From a virus (Duplodnaviria > Caudoviricetes), in IMG/VR virus record IMGVR_UViG_3300005686_000008: DNA of 64,000 bases; one strand, written 5' to 3'. Both the position numbers and the translations under genes were made by a program. Under the pieces are notes generated by a model. That model was not told the origin of the DNA. It saw only the letters and a list, made by a program, of their open reading frames with translations, and made no database searches. Each line of letters starts with the position of its first letter. Within the stretch, counting starts at the first letter, position 1. This document shows, piece by piece, positions 59,948-64,000 of the stretch.

Positions 59948-61525
59948 ATGGCAACCAAACTTGGCAGAGGCGTCCTTCCTGACAGTCATTCAATCAGCGA
60001 TTTTGAATGCTTTGGGCCTCCTGCAACGCAGGATGGAAACTTTTCAGGCACGAAACTTGCCGATATGGGCTGTTTTACTCAGGATGGTAAAGATAGCAAC
60101 AAGTATTACCACGGCGCTGTAGTAAAGTCGAAGAAGAACGGTCAGTGGTTTGCTTACTTTGAATGGGGCCGGACCGGCGCTTCCAAAGCCGATTTCAACT
60201 TCATTGAATGCGGTAGCGAAGATGAAGCGCAGCGCGAATACGAAAAACAGCTTCATTCCAAGAATGATAAGCGCGGAGAATGGACAACTCTTGCTGGTAA
60301 GCGGATTCTTCAAGCAAAGGCAGGAGAAGATTGCTATCTCGTCCGTCCTCTTGCAACTCGTACAACCGGACTTCCTGACGCCAAGAAGATTGCTTTCAAT
60401 GATGGCGCAAAGAAGACCGCAGTTGTAAACACAACTACCGCCAAGATTACCAGCAAGCCCAAGTGGGATGCTCAAACCATCAAACTCATGAAAGACATGA
60501 ATGTTGGTACTGTGGCTTATGCTAAGACCGCCGTTCAGGGAGGCAATATCCCTACCCAGTCTTCAATTGATGAAGCAAGAGACATTCTTATTGAGGCCAA
60601 GAAGCAGGTCAAGAAGGTCGGAGATGACGAACAGGATCAGATGAACGATACGATTCTGAAGTCATTGACTAATACGTTGTATTCTCGTATTCCTAAGATT
60701 AAGAGAGTCGGAGACGTTAACTGGATCCTGAATAAGGGCAATATCGCCGTATGGGATCAAGACTTGGATGCGTTTGAATCAGCTCTTTATGCTGTTGATA
60801 TGAGCGCCGCAAATGATGTTGACCCTCTTGCTGGCTTCAATATTGACATGAGCTGGATTGATACCAAGTCTGAACTTGGTAAGTTCATTATTAGTTGGAT
60901 GCCTAGCGCAAGCCGCAATAAGCATCGCGACGTTGGCCCCATGAAGATTCATAACATTTGGTCAGTCAGTCAGCTCGCTCACGTTAATGAATGGCGCAAG
61001 AAAGTGAAGGACATTGCAGAAGGCAAATTCCGCATTACTGAGCGCGCTCTTCACCAGCCTCGTTCTCGTACTGATATTAGCAAGGAAGATTCCGCCTCGT
61101 ATGATAAGGCGAATGTTTCTATGCTCTTCCACGGTACTCGTTCAGTCAATGTTCCTGGTATTCTTAGGGAAAATCTTCGTCTTCCAAAGCAATTGGTCGG
61201 CGTTGTAATTACTGGCGCTATGTTCGGCGGCGGGCTGTATTGGGCTGATGACTGGCGCAAGAGCGCAGGTTATACGTCTGGCTATAACCGTTGGGGCGGC
61301 TACAACAGCGGAGCGGTTGCCGGTCGGCACGCTTTCATGTTTGTTGCTGACGTTGCGATTGGCAATCCATTTGTCGCTCCCGGTCCCAGAGGCTATACCG
61401 AGCCTCCGAAGGGTCATCACTGCGTCTTTGGCAAGGCTGATGTAAGTCAGGTTATGAACAACGAGTTTATTACCTTTGACCGCGCACAGCATAGTCTCCG
61501 TTACCTTGTTGAGTTCTCTGCATGA
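59948..61525 (+). CDS. WGR-domain PARP-like ADP-ribosyltransferase (start corrected to 59948)
   Basis: SNKYY...EWGRTG; FHGTRS, GAMFGGGLYWAD, NNEFI (H-Y-E triad). Confidence 0.88.
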   Translation: MATKLGRGVLPDSHSISDFECFGPPATQDGNFSGTKLADMGCFTQDGKDSNKYYHGAVVKSKKNGQWFAYFEWGRTGASKADFNFIECGSEDEAQREYEKQLHSKNDKRGEWTTLAGKRILQAKAGEDCYLVRPLATRTTGLPDAKKIAFNDGAKKTAVVNTTTAKITSKPKWDAQTIKLMKDMNVGTVAYAKTAVQGGNIPTQSSIDEARDILIEAKKQVKKVGDDEQDQMNDTILKSLTNTLYSRIPKIKRVGDVNWILNKGNIAVWDQDLDAFESALYAVDMSAANDVDPLAGFNIDMSWIDTKSELGKFIISWMPSASRNKHRDVGPMKIHNIWSVSQLAHVNEWRKKVKDIAEGKFRITERALHQPRSRTDISKEDSASYDKANVSMLFHGTRSVNVPGILRENLRLPKQLVGVVITGAMFGGGLYWADDWRKSAGYTSGYNRWGGYNSGAVAGRHAFMFVADVAIGNPFVAPGPRGYTEPPKGHHCVFGKADVSQVMNNEFITFDRAQHSLRYLVEFSA

Positions 61526-63020
61526 AATGTTCTAATCAATGTCTTCTTTGCAAGTATGATATTCCTCGTTCGGTTATGATTCCTGTAAAAGAATCAAAAA
61601 CCGGAGAGACAAAGATGCTGCTTGTAAAAGAAGGTTCAAAACTTCACAAGTTTTGTATGGAAGTCTTGAAAAATAAGATGCAATGAAAATATCTCTTTCC
61701 ATAGAGTTTGATTTAGATAAAGAACTCAAAGCATTTTCCGATGCTGAATTGAGAGATGCTTTTTGGACAGAGCTACTTAATTACGCTGTATGTAGCCACC
61801 TTCAAGACTCTTTACGCTGGCAATTAAAAGCAAAAGATAAGAAAAAGAACGCTTCTGAACAGACAATTGCAAACGTTCATAGGCTATGGGCTGACCGTTT
61901 GAAAATCGGTAAGATAACGACATTTAAGGTGGAGAGATAGTATGGGAATACGGATAAAGAAGGCTCTCTGCTTTGCTTTAGGCGATGTAAAAACAGAAGG
62001 TTACGTCTTGGCCGATGATCGTTTTCAAGATTGGATGCTTGATAGAGAATCTGACGAATGTTATGAACGTGTAGAGAGGATGAAGCGTCCATTCCTCGAA
62101 TGGATAAACGATCTTAAAAATAGCGAAGAACATCGTCGTATACTTGAAGAAGCAAACGGCCCATCTGCAACAGATGTATATGGAATACAGTTTGGAATAG
62201 GAGTTGCGGCTTCTAGGTTCTTTAATCTACCAGAAGACCAAAGAAAGATTGATTCCGAGTTTCATTTTCATTTTTTGAGAGATTTTGAATATGGGGAAGA
62301 TTATATGTTCGGAATCATTCCTCCAGAACAAAAAGATTTTTATAGATATGACGATATTATAGATTATTATTCGCATAGGAAAAACCTAAGAAATACGGTT
62401 GAATGGCTAGATCAAAGAACTGGCAATAGCGGCGTATATCCTCATACCATGATGGTTCGTATTCCGCATGAACCTCCTATTGAAATTACTCCAGAAGATA
62501 TCGTTTCTCTTGATTTACCGCCTTCTATAAAGAAATCAAAACCTAGCGCCTTGCCAGACAGGCTTGATTGTGGGATTTTTAATAGACTTGTTGGCCTCTG
62601 GGATGAAAGGTCTTGCCCTGTTCTAAAAGATGAAGTTGTAGCAAGATGCAAACAAATCTATAGACCAGAAATCTTTGCTTCGGTTCTTCTTTGGACTCAC
62701 TATGTCGGTGTATTCAAGGATTGGGCAAAGACTGTAAACCAGCTTCGTCCGTGCATCTATACTTACTGGAGCTAAACAATGAATAGAACCTGTCATGGAG
62801 TCTTTTTTCCAGTAATCAAGAAGTATAGATGCTTGCTTAGCGGCGATTTTATTGATATGGAATCGCCGCAAGAGAGATGCCCTGTATGTAACAGGAAGTT
62901 TACTATGACTATTGATCATGCAAAAGAAATTACAAAAGTTATTGTAACGTATATCAAGTCGGAAAGCCTTGGGTGGTTAGAAGTGAAACGAGAAGAATGT
63001 AAATAAATTCTTGTGAGTGT

Positions 63021-63049
63021 TTGACTTTTTCCTTTCTGTTGCCGATAAT
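63021..63049 (+). promoter_or_regulatory. Sigma70-type promoter
   Basis: TTGACT-N17-GATAAT. Confidence 0.6.
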
Positions 63050-63110
63050 TAGGCATAACAAATAGTTAGAGGGTCGGACAAAAGAGGAAACCGACCACAG
63101 AAAGGAAAGA

Positions 63111-63734
63111 ATGGATTGGTTTACTAGTGATACTCATTTTGGGCATGCAAACATTATAAAGTATTGCAAACGACCGTTCTCTTCTGCGGAAGAGATGAAC
63201 GAAGTCCTGCTTGAAAACATCAATAAAAGAGTAAAGCCTAATGATAGGCTTTTTCATCTTGGCGATTTTGCAAATCGTGATGTTGAGCTGATGCGAGGCA
63301 GGATTAACTGCAAGAATATAATCCTTATTCTTGGCAACCACGACAGAATCAGATATAACTCTCCGTTGTTCTCGGGAGTTTATGACATGCTCAATCTCAA
63401 GACTGAGATTGACGGTCAAAGAAAGAACATCGTTCTCTGTCATTATGCCCTAAAGGTATGGAACAAGTCTCATTATGGGGCTTGGCATCTTTATGGGCAT
63501 TCCCACGGAGGCCTTCCAGATGACGAGGCGGCGCTAGCTATTGATGCTGGCGTTGATTGTCACAATTTCTGTCCTATAAACATAGACGAAATTAAGGCAA
63601 TCATGGCGAAGAAGAAATGGGTTGACCCAAGAACGAAGTGGGCGGCTGATGGAACTTTATGGAAACCTTATGACCATCATAGGCCAGAAGTAATCCATGA
63701 AGAATCTGAGTGGGAAAGTGATGCTTCCCCATAA
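63111..63734 (+). CDS. Calcineurin-like metallophosphoesterase
   Basis: SDTHFGH, LGDF, GNHD, CHY, GHSH. Confidence 0.9.
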   Translation: MDWFTSDTHFGHANIIKYCKRPFSSAEEMNEVLLENINKRVKPNDRLFHLGDFANRDVELMRGRINCKNIILILGNHDRIRYNSPLFSGVYDMLNLKTEIDGQRKNIVLCHYALKVWNKSHYGAWHLYGHSHGGLPDDEAALAIDAGVDCHNFCPINIDEIKAIMAKKKWVDPRTKWAADGTLWKPYDHHRPEVIHEESEWESDASP

Positions 63735-63754
63735 AAGTTGTCGATCCATGAAGT

Positions 63755-63967
63755 GTGATAAATAGCCGCTTCCTGATCAAATCTCTTAGTTACCGAATAT
63801 TTGGAAGTATTGCTACTTCCGTTATTGCTTTTCTTATTACAGGAAGCATTACGGTTGGCGCTGTCGTTGGAGTAATTGATACTTTTTCTAAGATTTGGTT
63901 ATACTATGTTCATGAACTGCTATGGCAAAAACTAGAGAAGATATACGATAGCAGAAAGAACTCATGA
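63755..63967 (+). CDS. DUF2061-family membrane protein
   Basis: KSLSYR...KIWLYYVHELLW. Confidence 0.75.
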   Translation: MINSRFLIKSLSYRIFGSIATSVIAFLITGSITVGAVVGVIDTFSKIWLYYVHELLWQKLEKIYDSRKNS

Positions 63968-64000
63968 TTACTTCCGTTGTCAATAGATATAAAGAGCCAT

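Noticed and set aside
1-64000. Genome-wide TAG or TGA reassignment
   Set aside because: Long conserved genes (ligA, GSII, PARP, porin) are uninterrupted, and TAG and TGA end genes at natural positions. I noticed internal stops only in RF and Pth. Late structural genes elsewhere cannot be judged from this window.

Overview
This window looks like part of a very large (jumbo/huge) bacteriophage genome. It is AT-rich, nearly all on the + strand and packed with short ORFs. A Phycisphaerae-like porin, a prepilin-type protein, FnIII motifs and GSII suggest a Planctomycetota host (inference). The main theme is takeover and repair of translation. There are about 15 CCA-less tRNAs, including an amber suppressor and Cys/Thr tRNAs with long variable arms. 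Other RNAs are several non-canonical tRNA-like RNAs, three YrlA-type Y RNA candidates, tmRNA and a ~208-nt minimal RNase P RNA. Related proteins are two SpoU methylases, an HNH-RNA ligase and a nucleotidyltransferase. Three patterns not visible in the ORF track stand out. (1) Two translation-rescue genes are gated by stop codons: a class-I release factor behind a prfB-type CTT-TGA-C +1 frameshift, and a PTH2-like peptidyl-tRNA hydrolase with two in-frame TAGs. The hydrolase lies 2.7 kb from a CUA-anticodon tRNA and is further interrupted by an antisense HNH gene that keeps the frame open. (2) About ten genes start exactly 2-3 nt after the discriminator base of a tRNA or tRNA-like element, with no room for a Shine-Dalgarno, suggesting tRNA-punctuated leaderless expression. 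(3) Several genes are flanked by duplicated tRNA fragments, as if inserted as cassettes. Other content: NAD-dependent DNA ligase, a Ser-Gly-Tyr/Phe repeat fibre module, GSII, an aminotransferase, a J-domain-kinase/vWA/PurA-like triad and a WGR-PARP. All calls come from reading the sequence by eye; no searches were run.
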